Below, piece by piece: positions 27,394 through 41,985 of a stretch of 64,000 nt of DNA. The stretch comes from Chrysomallon squamiferum (taxonomy: Eukaryota > Animalia > Mollusca): contig CM022671.1 in the NCBI GenBank assembly GCA_012295275.1, forward strand, positions 28,086,001-28,150,000, read 5' to 3'. The position numbers and the translations under genes were made by a program. Below the pieces are notes generated by a model. The model worked only from the letters and a program-made list of their open reading frames with translations, had not been told where the DNA came from and searched no databases. Within the stretch, counting starts at the first letter, position 1, and the number at the start of each line of letters is the position of its first letter.

Positions 27394-30300
27394 CTAGCAT
27401 ACTCTGTCCATAATGACATTTCCATCTTTGTCCTTCAATCTTATCCTGCCTGTTGAGTATCTTGTTTCTTGGCGACCATCTGGGTACACTGTTTTCACTG
27501 TACCATCAGGATATTCACGTTTCTGAGGACAAAAAAAAAGAAATCAAATTTAGTTTTTAGAATATACTGATAAAAACATTTATAGTTTTCGTAATTGTAT
27601 TTGAAATAAAATTATTAGTGATGATGATCAACTGAATTATCAAATGCATACCTTCACACAATTATGTATACGGGTCATTCCGTGTCAAATCACCCAATGG
27701 TTTAAACCCGACCGTCTCAGATTTTTATGAAACTTGGTATACTTGTTGACTGGGATCCCACAGCACCAAATCTGACATTTTAGCTCAATCAGACCAGTGG
27801 TGTGGGAGATACGGCCCACGGAATTTTGAGATTTTTGCCAAAAATGGGTGTGACCACCAACCTTAGAACCCTCATATCTCAGGAACTACTGGGCCAATCT
27901 TCACAAAATTGGTATTGTTACAAAGGCAAAATGACAAGGATACCAAATCTGCCAATTTTGTTTAGTTTGGAAAATATTGGAGTACCTTGACCTTTTGACC
28001 TTGAAATTGACCGTGTGGATCACGTGATCTTGAGATGACCTTTATTGAAATTTAATCTCCCACATGTTAACTAAAACATATAAAAGTTTCCTGGGTGTAA
28101 TATTTTTTGTTTAGCCACAATATAGATTTAAAAAATGCACATACCTGAAAATAACACCTTTTCAGCCATTAACATCTGATTGACTAAAACCTGAATGATC
28201 AATTCTGGATGCTAGGAATCACCATCTCTCTTGATCATCGAGTAAGACATTGTAGGCCTACATGTATGCATAAAGTTCACATATAAAAGTTTCCTGGGTA
28301 TAATATTTTTTGTTTAGCCTTAATAGAGATTTAAAAAAATGCATACCTGCATGGATGATTGATACAATGCATTACAATGTACATTTTCTCTGAGACTAAA
28401 AACTCATCTTTGGAGTTAAAACCCACCTGACATGTCTGAAGGAATGCCTGAAGGATATGAAAAGATGCCAAATGGCATGACATGTTCTACACAATCAGGC
28501 TCAATGCATTTTTTAAATCTATATTGTGGCTAAACAAAAAATATTACACCCAGGAAACTTTTATATGTTTTAGTTAACATGTGGGAGATTAAATTTCAAT
28601 AAAGGTCATCTCAAGATCACGTGATCCACACGGTCAATTTCAAGGTCATAGCAAAGGTCAAAAGGTCAAGGTACTCCAATATTTTCCAAACTAAACAAAA
28701 ATGGCAGATTTGGTATCCTTGTCATTTTGCCTTTCTGACAATACCAATTTTATGAAGATTGGCCCAGTAGTTCCTGAGATATGAGGGTTCTAAGGTTGGT
28801 GGTCACACCCATTTTTGGCAAAAATCTCAAAATTCCGTGGGCCGTATCTCCCACACCACTGGTCTGATTGGGCTAATATTTCAGATTTGGTGCTGTGGGA
28901 TCCCAGTCAACAAGTATACCAAGTTTCATAAAAATCTGAGACGGTCGGGTTTAAATTTCTTTTTTTTTGGGGTAATTTGACACAGAATGACCCATACTGA
29001 TAAAAATTACTGATAACATAATTTTAAGCTGGGGAGTATCTTTGTAACAGTTTTTTGAGACAACAGGATTTAGATCTAATGGGGCTTATGTCCATTATAA
29101 ATCAATTCCCAAAAATCTCACAAACCTTAAACTGCTCTGTGTGTATTTCTCTCTGACCATTTGGAAACTCCATTGTTTTGTCACCATTACTCTCAACTCT
29201 AATGACAGTGCCATCTGGAAATATGCTTTCTTCTGATCCATTTGGAAAAAGATATTTTATTGTTTGATCTGGAAATGTGATTTCTTTTGTTCCATCAGGA
29301 TAGTGTTTTTCTATTTGATCACTAAAATAAATTTTAAAAAGAAACAATTACAATTTAGGTTCTCACGATGTCAAACAGAAGACTAACAAATAAGAATGGT
29401 TTTATGAAAAATACTAATATATTAAATTAAAAAACCCACAAGATTCATGTTTTGTTGCATTATTTTCATTACTAAGTTTAATATAAATGAATATATTTTT
29501 ACTTTTTATAGAGATTGGCAGTTAATAGTAACTACAACAGCATTTATTCCCTATAATCGAGTTTGGTAACAAAATATTATGAGAACAAGTTTTTATTAGT
29601 ATTCCTTACTTTTGAAACTGAAGTATCTCTAATCCATCTGGATATGTAGTATGGGTAGTTTGGGCATCAGCAAAAAAATAAACCTGTTTAAGGAAAAAGA
29701 TGTGATATTTATTGAGATCGGTGAATGCCACAGAAGGATAAACATGCATCTCTGCAATGATTGTTCGACTTATTTTAATAATAAAGTGTTTTACAGGTGC
29801 ATATAATTCATTGTCATAAATAAATAATATATACATACATCTTTGAAATCTGTCACATACACAGACAATAAAACATTTAGTAAGTTGATGCTGCTGTTAA
29901 TAGAAATATATGAACAAAAAATACATTTAACTTACAACTCTCTGATCTGGAAAAATCTGTTTGATGTCTCCATTAAAAAAGGAAACAACTATGGACTGAC
30001 CATCAGAAGATATCTCCTTTCTTGTTCCATTTGAGAAGAGAATTTCCCGAGCACCATTTGTATAAGTCCGTTCTATCTAAAAATATATTCACCAAATTGA
30101 ACGTAAGTTATCAGTAATATGCCAAAAATGTTCAATTCTGATTAATATTTTAAGGTTCCTTTTAATGTTTTATTTTTAAAAATTGTATCCAACAAAAACA
30201 AAACTATGTATTATGTCATACTAAATACATTTACATTTAATTATATTATAAATGTAAAGGAATAATTCAATGCACCCACTATTTTTGCTTTCAAAGATAA

Positions 30301-33300
30301 TAATAAAAAAAAAATGTTACTTCTTTATGCACCTTATAAATAAAAAGTATACCAAAAACAGATTTGGCATCTTATCTTGTTTTTTAATGTTTAGTATAAT
30401 TTATATTTCATTCTCCAGATTAATTCTAAATCAAAATCTTATATTTTTCTTATGTGATTTGAAAACATAAAAAACCCCTAATAATCTAGACATATATTTT
30501 AAAAAAAGGAACACTCAATTTAAAAATAAATTTTCAGATTACAAAACAACGAACATCATATATGTTCTAATAAAATAATTTTTATAGTTGAATTGAAGAA
30601 TTCTACTAGAAAGAAATTTCTTCACCCTTCCATCAGGATTCAGTAACTCTTCAAACTGACAATCTCCTTTGTCTATACCAGGATTCTGAGAGATGAATTT
30701 GGCAGACTGCTTACGAGGTATACTGTTATTCACAGATGGTGGGAAACCATTATCCTTCATTTCAGGAATGCTAAAAATATTAAATAACTATAACATCCAA
30801 ATTATCTTTATTGGTAAATAATTTATTTCTTGATTTCGAAAGTTAAAAGGATTTGTGGAATGCTGTGTCAAATAATGTGTTAGAACTTACTAAAATGAAT
30901 GAATGAATGTTTAACCACAGCTCCACCTTGAAAAACATATCAGCTATATGTTGTCAAAACAAAGGTAAATACAGAACTTATTAAATCTCCTTGAAATTAT
31001 AATCAATACTATATCCATGCAAAGTGAATTATAAATAATCATACTGTTACAAACATTAGTCTGAAAGTCACATATGATATACATCAGTTAAAAGTAGACA
31101 TTTTGGATGATTCCAGTATTCTGATGTTTTGTTTTACTGATACATTATCTATTAAGTTACTGGGACATCACTATTTTTGTAAACATGAATAAATAATATA
31201 TTTTTTTACATAATTGTAAATAATTTCTTTTTTTTTTTTTTTTTTAACACTGGTATTAAAGTATATGATGATAACGAGGCAGTGACAGACAGGGAATCCT
31301 ACCTGTGAAGAGTGGCTGCAGCAGCTGGGTTTCCTCTTGGAACAGCATCTACGGATACACTCAGTGATGGGTGGGGTTTTGAAGTGGAAATTGAAAGGGA
31401 AGCAGCTACTGGTGCATGGCTGTTTACAGCAGGTTGGGGCTGTGTCAGGGTGGAGGGAGAAACTGCAGGATATACATAATTGATGAAAGGATACATATAA
31501 TTAATGAGAATATATAAATAATACAGGATATAAATATGTAATGGTAGGTTTCTTTTAAACAGTGAACATGAAATATGGAAATCTTCAATTTCATGCAGCA
31601 GATTTACAATATACAGCAATTTTGTTTCTTTAATTTAAGAATACATTTTATGAATATATTTATTTCAACAATAAGTCAGTCTCAGTGAAATAATTTTAAG
31701 CAACAGAAAATCATCATCTTCTTAGTTATTAATTTCTCAAGCAGACTTAAGAAAAGGAACAGTATGATAATATTTTCTTACTTGCTTTTGGAGGTTCCCG
31801 CATTCCTTGATAGCTTCTAGTCAAATTGATGTCTTCTGTTGGAGTACTGCTCCGAGGTAAGCTATGTCCAGTGATTTTCTACAAGAACATACATAAATTA
31901 TCAACTATAAGAAGTAACATAACTAGATATGTAATATAGGGTGCATTTTAAAATTTGTGAAATTTACAAAGAAAAGTCTACACTTAAGTCTTAACACAAT
32001 AATGACATTTAGTCAATGAAGCAGTCCAATAAATTTATTTTACTGACTAGAAGGAAGCTAAGGGGATGGAAATTCAGAGTAAGAGAAGCAAAGAAGTCAT
32101 AAGTTATGGTAAATTAATGTTTAAGGAAAAAGGAATATTTTGAGTTAACAAAAAAAAAAAAAAAAAACTAAAAACATTAAAAACAAAAAGAAGCAAGAAA
32201 TCTTCTTAAATAGATTACATGAAAGCATTTTGTTTATTTGAAGTGATATTTCAAGTCTATGACTGTCCTAACCTTGTAGCCATTTTCTTTCTGCATACTT
32301 TCCAGTCTTCGTTTTTCCAGCAGTTTTATCTCTTCTCTCAGTTCCTTGTTCTCCAGCTCAGACTGTGCTAACTTGTCTCGTAAACGTGAGTTAGTGGCAT
32401 TCCACCGAGCTTCCTTACGTTTTAATTCTTCTTGTAATTCCAAGAGCTAATTTTTAAAAATAGATAAAGAAGAATTAATAAGACTCAAAGATGTTTCTAA
32501 GTCTCTTGTGTTATACTAGAATATTCTATTTAAAGATATGTCTGTTAAATTAAAAGATAAAAAAAAAAAAAATAGTCTGTTTAAAATAAAAGAATAACAG
32601 TAAACAAAACACAAGATCTTAAGATCATTTTAAAGAAATGGATGACAAAGTAATGTTCTCAGTAAAATACAATTTAAATTTCTGAAAAAAGTTAAAAATA
32701 AATGATGAGGTTAAAATACTTAAATACCTGTGTTTTCAACATTTCAATTTCTTCACGATCTTTCTTATCTGGCATAGAACGAATTGTTTTCTGATATTTA
32801 ATAAACATCTTTCTCTCATGTCTGAAATTTGAAACATTTATCTGTATTAGTAATGAAAACAAAGAGTAGGGTTTTTTTGTTTATTAAAACCGAGTAAATA
32901 TTTTTTTTAAGTATAGGATAAATTATACATTTAATATATTAATAAAAGTATCTGCATTCAGTAATTCATATATGAGATTTGACATTAATTTGTAACAAAA
33001 ATATAAGTTTCTTTTTAATTTTCTTTGTTTAATTATAAATTAATATAAAATAACCTTATTTTTTTCATTTCCTGTGTTTTGAACTCTTCTAGTCTCCTCA
33101 GTTCCTCTGCCTTTTCTTTTTCAAAATCACCAATTTCTTTTTTCAATTTATTCAAACCCTTAAAAGAAAGAGTAAAAATCTATAAAACAGCATCAAATAA
33201 AAAGGATATATCAGCTCACAAGGCTCTTCAAGAGACTGTTGTTTTTTATTATATTTTATTATTTACAAATACTGATTGCTTAAAAAAAATAACTTGGAAG

Positions 33301-36300
33301 TACAAAAATTGAACTTAAGCCAACTGCAAACATACATTGTAATGAAATTAATGGGGAAAAATAAATAAAATAGAGAAAGAAAATAAAACCTACCTCTTCT
33401 CTGTCTCTATGAAGTTTATCTAAAGCTGCATTTTCTTCTCTAAATTTCTCAATTTCCATTTCAAGTTCCATCAGTTTTTCTCTTAAAACCTTGGACTGAA
33501 TTCCCTCTCCAAGTCCAGCATTTGCAGCAGACTGCAGCTTTTCTTGTTCCTGAATCACAATCATAGCATGAAACAAAACAGAAGTGATGTATTTTTATCT
33601 GTGATTATTATAAAATCAATGTATAGCTGTCTGAAAAAAGAAATTTATTTCATGTTATCTTAATTATTTTTTTAACACAATAAAGATGGATTCCTTTTAA
33701 GAACATTCTCTGAAGTATACAGTCCACAAAAACAGATTTGTTCTTTAAAATAAGCAAAGAATTATAAATATTTTTATGAATTAAAACATATATGACATAC
33801 TTGTAGTTTTTTCTGTTGCTGCTTAACTTGTTGCGCCTCTTTTAACTTAGGAAACAGTCTTGAAACCAGCCTGGATGTTGGAGGTGTGTTGGAAGTGTTT
33901 GATCCTTGCTCTATGGAATCTATTCCTGAATCTTTAGTGTGTCAATAAAAATAAAATAAAAAGCAGAATTTATATACAGATAACAACAGCTTTTATATTA
34001 AAAAAAATAACAATAATACAAAATGGAAGAAATTTTTGAAATTACTAACATTTTAGATATTGATGGTATAATATAAATTCAAACTCAGATTGCAATGCAA
34101 TGAATGCTATGCATCAAAAACTTTTTAAAAAAAGACAAAATAAAAATTATTAATTTATAAACATGTTTCCCAACTAAAATTTCATTATAAATTTAGGGTC
34201 CAGATTCAGTTAGTGTGTTAAGTGTGAGTCAGAGGACCCAACAAAGATTATCACTGCTGGGTTCTCCCAAACCCAATACTACAGTACATTCAACGCTGGT
34301 ATTATAACAAAATAATATTTGGCATAAAATATTGGTGCAAAGGAAAATGAAGAACAGAACTTGCTGTTGTATGGACTTTTGTGGACTTTTGAAAATGTTC
34401 CCAACATTTAAGGATATTTAAACTTGTAAGTACCTTAATTTCTAAGGGTGTTAACAACTAGTAGGAACCATATAATACACAAAGATTAATTTTATAGTGC
34501 TAAAAATAAATTAGAAAATTAAAAAATAAATAAATAGAAAGAAAAAAAGGAAAATACAATCAAGTAAAATGTTACCTCGTCCACTATGAACTTTTGGTGC
34601 AGTATCAGTCCATTCTTCAGTGTCACCAAACTCATCCTCTTCTTCATCCTCTTCTTCATCACCATCATCATCATCATCATCATTATTTGCATTAGCATTT
34701 CTGTTCATCTGATGCAGAGATGTATCTTGCTCTTTGGCATCATCACTCTCTACAGAATCATCGTCACTGTTTTCTCTACTGTTCTGATATGTGGTACTAA
34801 CAAACTCTTTTCTAGAGTCACCAACATTATTTACTTTTACTTTTTCAATTGCTGAATGCACTGGTTTTGGTCTGACGTTTTCACTTTCTTGGTTTTCTTT
34901 GGTGGCACCTGCGCACATCCCTGAGTTTTGAGATAGTTTCTTTAACAGTGACAGAGTATCAACTGAAGTTCCATTGCTAATATCCTTACTAGCAATTTTC
35001 CTTGTAATTGACTTAGATGGGGACAAAGGCATAGACACACACATTTTATTATCAGTGTCTGCTTGTGTTGCTGGCCTGGTGAAAATGATTCCACTCTTCA
35101 TGTTATTATTTTGGGAGATATCTGATACACTATAATCTTGATCATCATTGCGGTCTTGTGGATCTTCTTGTCCACTGTCAGTGGCAAGACTGCTGTCAGA
35201 GTCTGTCAGAGTGCTGTCTAAAGAAGAATCTGAATCACTGATATCATTCACATTGTCAGCTTTTTGAAGAACAGGTAACTCTTCACTAACAGTTTTATTA
35301 CTGTCTTTGACTTCTTTCTGCTTCTGTGCCATTTTTTCCTCTATGATACCTTTGATCTCTTCAACTGACACCTATGAATAACAATAGTATAAATAGTAAA
35401 ATCATAATTTTAACAAAATATATGTTTCATAATGCAATTAAAACTCAGTTTTAAGTTATCATTATTTCCTCCAGTGTCAACACATGCAAAAGGAATTCTT
35501 AATAAATTTAATCATAAAAACAGAAAATAATACAACAATCGAACAACAATTTGTTCTTTATTTTTCTGTGTTTTTTCCATAAAAGGTCAACTGTAACAAT
35601 ATTAGTGAAAAAACAAAAACAAATGAACCTACATTATCTCCTTGTTGTTTCTGACGATCTTTTTCCAAAAGCTTGACAACAACAGAAGAATTGCTGCAGA
35701 ACGACACATTGTCAGCAAAATCTTCAAACAATTCAAACATTTCCAGTTCCTGTTTTTCAACCTGCATTCAAAGAACAGTTAAAAACTTCTTAAGTTTGCT
35801 CTAAACCTTAAATTTGTATAATATCAAAATCAATGTATCCATTGTCTATCCTAATTTTACATTTAGGAAATGAAGATTAAGTAATTGTTCAGTTTAACTG
35901 TTGTGTATTTTTTTTTTTATAATGCATGTAATAAAACATAACAAATATAGAAGATTTCATAAACAGTTTTCACAATGAATTACAGGTGTTAAAAAACATT
36001 TATTGCTTAGTTCTTAGTTTATATGATAACATAATTTATAAAAAATAAATCTTCAATAATGCAAATATGATAACTAAAAAAAAACATTGTTTTTATTCCT
36101 ATTTTGTTAACAAAACAAATATCCAATAAAAATCTCAGTTTAAAATGCTGAACACAATTTATTCACATACAACATACTTTTTATTTATGTATTAAAATGA
36201 CTACTTACTTTTTCTTTACGTTTGCCTTTGATGCAAAATGAAGGTTCATCTGTATCTGTGGCTGTTTCTGAAACAGAATCTTCTTGTATCTCTTTCCTGA

Positions 36301-39300
36301 TATTGGTTTCAGTGTCTGCTTTCAGAGGTGTTGACTGTGTTAGTTCATTTGGTGGGGAGATTGTATTTTTAGTGGGTTTTTTATCAAGCTCAGGATGTCT
36401 CATTGTGGTGGTTTTATTTGGAGGTTTTAACGGTTTCTGTGATGGCTGTTTTAAAGATTTAGAATCAGCTATCTGAAAAATTTATTTAAAAAATATATTA
36501 AAGACAAACATTGTTTTTTTTCTTTTATAGATTAAAAGAATTTAGTCTATGATGTAAATAAAGAAATTGCAAAAAAGGAGAAAACAAACAATATAAATGA
36601 TATTTATTCATATAATCTCAAAATAAAATAGCAAAAACCCCCAAATCTCATTATGTTCTCAAAATTGCATATCCAGATACTTAATAATATTCATTGAAAC
36701 AAAAACAATAATGTAATTTGGATTTTAAAATTTTATGCTTTTATACCTTGACTTCTTTCTTCTGTTTTTGTTTTGAAGAAAAATCTTTAGGTGCAGACTG
36801 CTCACTAATTTTTTTCTGGTTGTCTGTATTTATTCCAGTTTCTGCAGATTTGCGTTTGTTTTCAGTTTTAACTTTTGTCCTTACTGGAGGCTTTTTGAAT
36901 CTTGAAAGACCTTCACCTTTTCTCAGAAAAGGTTTTTTGCTTTGACTAGGTGATTTTTCTGCATTTTTCAACTGCAATATAATTATTAGTAAGTTTTCAT
37001 CTCAATCAATGTAGTAAAGTAATTACTTCTCATAAGAACATAACCCCAACATTTACAAGTCAAATGCAATAATAATAGACATTTCTGTACCTGAAATTTT
37101 GGAATAAAAGTGACAAATTTAATATATTTATGTGTTAAGTTTCAAACATAATATTTCTGATTTAATATTACATCTTCAGTTAAAAGACATTTATAGATAA
37201 TATAATTGTAAAAAAAAAATCCACAGAATCAAATACCTTTTCTTCTTCAGCCAACATCTCTTCTTCAAGTAGCTGTTCAAAAGTTTTCTTTCCTGTAAAT
37301 AAAACAATAATTAAAATGGCGCACTATTTAATTTCACATTTGAATTTCAGTTCTGCATTACATGCCTACATGCTCATGAGATTATTAAAACAGTAAAAAA
37401 TAACACACTTTTAACAGTACATGGATTTTAAAATCTAAGATACAGCACCATCTTTTTAAATTAATTTCAATTATACATTTATTTGCACCAACAATTCAAA
37501 ATGAAAAATAAGATGAGATAATAAAAATGTAAGATCTGCCTCGTATTTTAAAAATAAAATTAACATACCTACAATGCCTGGCTTAATCGGTCTGTCATCA
37601 AACTGAGGTTCTGTGTGCTATTGAAAAATAATCATACCATTATTATATAACAATGCAATTTTTTAAAATCACATATTATGGGTTCTCTTTTCATCTAAAA
37701 ATATTACTTCAATGATAAATGAAATTCCATATGAAAATAAAGGTACTTAAAGTTTATGATGCAGTTTTTAATCTCAAGCATGTAACAGAATTACATTATC
37801 ACCAAAATGTGAAAATTAAATATTAAAAGATAGTAAACCTCATTTTCTTTGACAGTAATATTCTGAGATTCCTCTTCATCTTCAATTGTATCGTGATTAG
37901 ACGAGAATTCGTCCTCTCTTACACACTGATTTACAGGTGACCTGCTTTCCTGGAAACAGTTTGTATTTCTACCAACACACGACTCAGGATTGCCACGCAA
38001 TTGTTCTGACACTGTCTGCGAACTTGGCAAATTCTGTGGGAGAATGCCTAACATCCTACGAAGGGTATTTGGTGTGGTGGTTTGCAACATTTGCTGCAGA
38101 CTTGCAACTGACTCTATAGAATTCAAATCATCAGCTGTGAGAGATCGCAAAAACTCCATGCTCTGATGATGATTTGTAGAGAGACTGGTTCTGGGTGGTG
38201 GGTACTCATTTTCAGTTCCAACACTGAATTCTGAAACCGAGTCACGAATGCTAAATACATTTCTGTAGTGTTCACTTTGATCAGAATCTGTTTCTTGCAA
38301 AGGAAACATTCCGTCATCAGATCTGAGATCAACCTCAATGTCTTGACTCCTCCCATTGGAATCTGGATTACTGAACAGTTCAGGATTTGTGGCAGCATCG
38401 TTGTCGTCGTACTTTGGTTCTGCATAGATGATGGGTTGAGGAAGTGAAGAAGATGGCACCTGCAAAACAAAAGAATCACATATTAATGATTTACTAAATA
38501 CACATGCTCAGAAAATGCTTACATTGGGATATGCTGAAACACATCTTGTTTCAACAATATATTATATTTGAGAAAACAGAAACTCTATATCAGAATACTA
38601 CACACACCTACACATGCACTAACATTCACCAGTATAAAAACTTACAGCTGTACAACTGACAGGCTCCTCAGATTCACTCATCCCAGAATCCATTGTAAGT
38701 ACTGATGCAAGAAGTTCTCTTTGGTTGATCTGTCGTCGAGGTGGAGTTCTTGTTGGGCTCAAACTTTGCCTTGTAACTGTCAAATAGAGATTAACACAAC
38801 AAAAGTCAAAGCACTGATATTTTAACCAATTAACTACTTCATCTTTTTTTTTTTCAATTTTCATGGAAAGGTAAAATTCATGTTTATTTAATAAATGGCC
38901 TATTTTGCTCTTTTGGTGTAAAATTTGGTCCATCTGTAGATACACCTTTTATGATTCTTTTTTTTTTTTGCAACGTACCTCTGCCAGCTCCCCACTGGGA
39001 CTCTCTCTGTTTTGTTAACATTGTCTGAACTTTCATCTGCTCCTTTCTAAGACCCTCCAGTTGTTGCTGCTGCTGTTTCATCAACTGTTCTTGCTGTTTC
39101 AACTGCCACTGCCGCAGTTCACGAAATCGTTGTAGCAGGCGAGCCTGTTCCTGGGCCTGCTTTTGCTCAAGAAGATCCAGAGAGACATCTGAAAAATGTA
39201 TCATACTTAATTAACTGCTTATCAATATGGCATATTTTTAATAAGCATAAAAACAAAAAATTAAAGGATGTTGAAAATAAAATAAAAGTTTAAATCTTAT

Positions 39301-39795
39301 GCAGATCACACGATCAACCATGTATTTAATATTTAATAATAATTAAAACTGTGTTACTAATATTTTAGTAGAAAAATGTTTCTTTTAGTAAACTTCAATA
39401 TGTGTACAACTTCTGGAATGCAAAAAGCATACTTTAAAATGATATTTTTAATTCAGACTATATTTTGTGATCTGAAATATACACATCACAAATTGGTAAA
39501 AGTATATATATGTGCTGCATTCATCTTTAGTATCAGTAATCCTGGTGTTGGAAGAAAAACCAGTGTAAAAGATAATAACAACTTTAATGTCAAAACTATC
39601 AAATATGGGTGCACATGGTCATAGTAATCAGTCACAGCATTTATTTATTTATTCGTTTGGTTTGTTTAATGTGGTATGTTAAATAGAATTCAGTTAAATA
39701 AATGGATCTTCAATACCTCCGTTTGAAATATTTTCTTTTTCTTCACGGTTTCCAAGTGCAGAAATTTTCTCAGAACTTATATATTCTGTCTCCAT
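27394..39795 (-). CDS. CENPJ: Centromere protein J / CPAP / SAS-4 centriole assembly protein, about 22 coding exons
   Basis: Probable ATG exon 39717-39795 splices in phase to 39188 ([11 protein letters not shown]...[10 protein letters not shown]). PN2-3-like DDRPIKPG|[50 protein letters not shown] and coiled coils. C-terminal TCP/G-box repeats ([22 protein letters not shown]). Last exon 27394-27522 [42 protein letters not shown]. The start codon is less certain than the identity. Confidence 0.94.
27672..28993. mobile_element. Non-autonomous Sola2-type DNA transposon (foldback, about 470-bp TIRs) in the last CENPJ intron
   Basis: Termini GGGTCATTCCGTGTCAAAT...ATTTGACACAGAATGACCC. Perfect 4-bp TSD ATAC (27668-27671, 28994-28997). 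Near-identical inverted arms about 27672-28139 and 28505-28993. 5'-GRG...CYC-3' ends, 4-bp TSD and long TIRs are the described Sola2 hallmarks. No transposase ORF. Confidence 0.88.
30895..30972 (-). mobile_element. 5'-truncated SINE/LINE 3' end with (TTCA)n tail, in a CENPJ intron
   Basis: Insert starts ATGAATGAATGAATGTTTAAC on +. Flanked by a 13-bp direct repeat with 1 mismatch: AGAACTTACTAAA (30882-30894) and AGAACTTATTAAA (30973-30985), consistent with a target-primed insertion. Confidence 0.68.
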
Positions 39796-40843
39796 TATTA
39801 TGTTGTTCTGAAATTAAGTTAAACAAATTAGTTATATAAAAATGAACATATTATAAACATCATTTTCAATTTTTTTTACACTTAGTAGTTAGTGGACAGT
39901 GAAGCAATTTCTGAGGAATAAGTGACACTTAAGTCTTATAATAATAGTGTCTTACCAATCTATGGTCTAACCTTAGTTTTATACCATTATAAAAATTAAT
40001 CCTATTTTAGTATTTAACTTAAAGAATCCTTATCCATCAGTTTCATATGCTTTATTTATAAATTTTAATTCTTTCTTAAAATCACCTGAATCAGTTAATC
40101 CCTGTCAATCATCAATGACAATGCTGCGATGCATCAATGATCAAGAAACTTAGACATGTTGACACTTGAACTTTCAGTTGTACTCTGTGCTGCAGGTGGA
40201 ACGCTATTAAATATATTGATATATTAATTATAATTGAGAAAATGTACTGCTGATCAAGGGAAATAAATATTTAATAACAACTTATATTTTCATGTTAAGG
40301 ATAAAATTATCTGATTACAGTTAAATATACCATGATAACCAAAAAGTTCTCTTTAGGAAGAATAGTCCGCCATATTTAAACAAGGTAAACACCAAGAATA
40401 CATTTTTGTTACGCTTTTCTTAGCAATGCATTTCGGACGTTTTGAACCCATTCTAATTTGTACCAACAAAAAACATCCCTATAGTATTAAATCTGTTATC
40501 GCAAATACACCACAAATATAGAAATGAGTTCGTTATATTGTTAACATTTGTGATAAATCTTAATATTTGTTATACTCCAAATATCGACACAGCAATATTT
40601 GTATATGAGTCAAATATCATTATATAAAAATAAAAAAATTAAATTAATTTTTTATTCAGTTTTTCAAGACGTTAGATTCATATCGTGTCACCAGCATAAA
40701 ATGCTGTTAAATCATTCAATATCATAATTATAATACCATGGCATCAGTATATGTTCTTCATTTTTAAAAACATTTTTAATGTGTGCGTGTGTGTGTGTGT
40801 GTTGTTTGAATTTTATATTAATAGAGAACGGTAAATTGTAAAA

Positions 40844-40874
<31 letters not shown>

Positions 40875-41014
40875 CTTTAAATAGTTTTAAGAATTTATCT
40901 TTTATTTTATTTTAATTTATTTTTTTAATTTAATTTTTTTTTTTTTTTTTTTTTTTTTTTGTACTTTGATATCCGGCTTGTACACTTATGTAAATCTGAT
41001 AATCATAATCTAAT

Positions 41015-41047
<33 letters not shown>

Positions 41048-41985
41048 GACTTATATTTTGCTTAAAATAAAAGAAAAAACCCAGTAATAAACCACAGTTT
41101 TTATTTATTTCAATATGACAAAAAGAAGATGCATCAACGGTGATGTTTTGTATCAATTTATTCTCAGTCTTTATATCAGGTACAATGAAAGCTAGTGAAA
41201 TAATTAATAAATCTAGGGGAGATAACTGCAATGTTTGTCGACTGCTAGAAGTTTCAAGAACGGTTACAGCAACTTTTCGGTTTTATTTTCACATGGACAA
41301 GGTATCTAATATCATGTTTAAGCAGGCATATTTTTAATACTGTGGCGTATCATGTAAAATAGGAAAACATTAAATCAACTACATTAAATCCTTGCTACCT
41401 TGTTTTGACCTTCGTCAGAACATTATCTAGTTATTTACTATGTTAAATTAATTTTGATAAATGTATTATTATTATTATTATGTAATGATTAATATTATAG
41501 TTCAGTGACTATTAGACATGCAGTGATTATTATAATGTACCTCGTTATTCTGGACAGAAAAAATACACATTTAATTATTAATTAAAGATCTTAAAACTAA
41601 AGGTTACAAAACAATGAATCATTTAATTAATATTAATTTCTGTATATTAAACTGACGCACAGAAGTGATAGTTGGTGTAAATATAAACCTAAGTTGTTTA
41701 TTTAAGTGTGCATTCTTTTTCGAGATACAAATAGAGATTATTTTTAGGAAAATTTTATTACATTTGTTTTTAATTTGGAAGGGACTTCATTGATAAATAA
41801 ATAGTGGAATACTTTAAATTTTTTAAGTGAAATTTGAGAGTGAAAAAGGACTCGGTAAAACTGAATAAAAATGTTTTATATGCTGTGATCTGTTATGTGT
41901 TTATTATTTTCAATACTTTGTAATATTTTTGTTTTTGTCTTTTTTATTTGTTATTAATTTATTATTGTAACTTTATTTCACAGTC

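Noticed and set aside
27802-27990. 62-aa ORF inside the foldback element as a possible transposase
   Set aside because: It lies within the TIR, is short, and has no DDE/DDD features.
34160-34430. Possible decayed MITE in a CENPJ intron
   Set aside because: One end is vaguely Tigger-like, but no matching TIR or TSD could be established.
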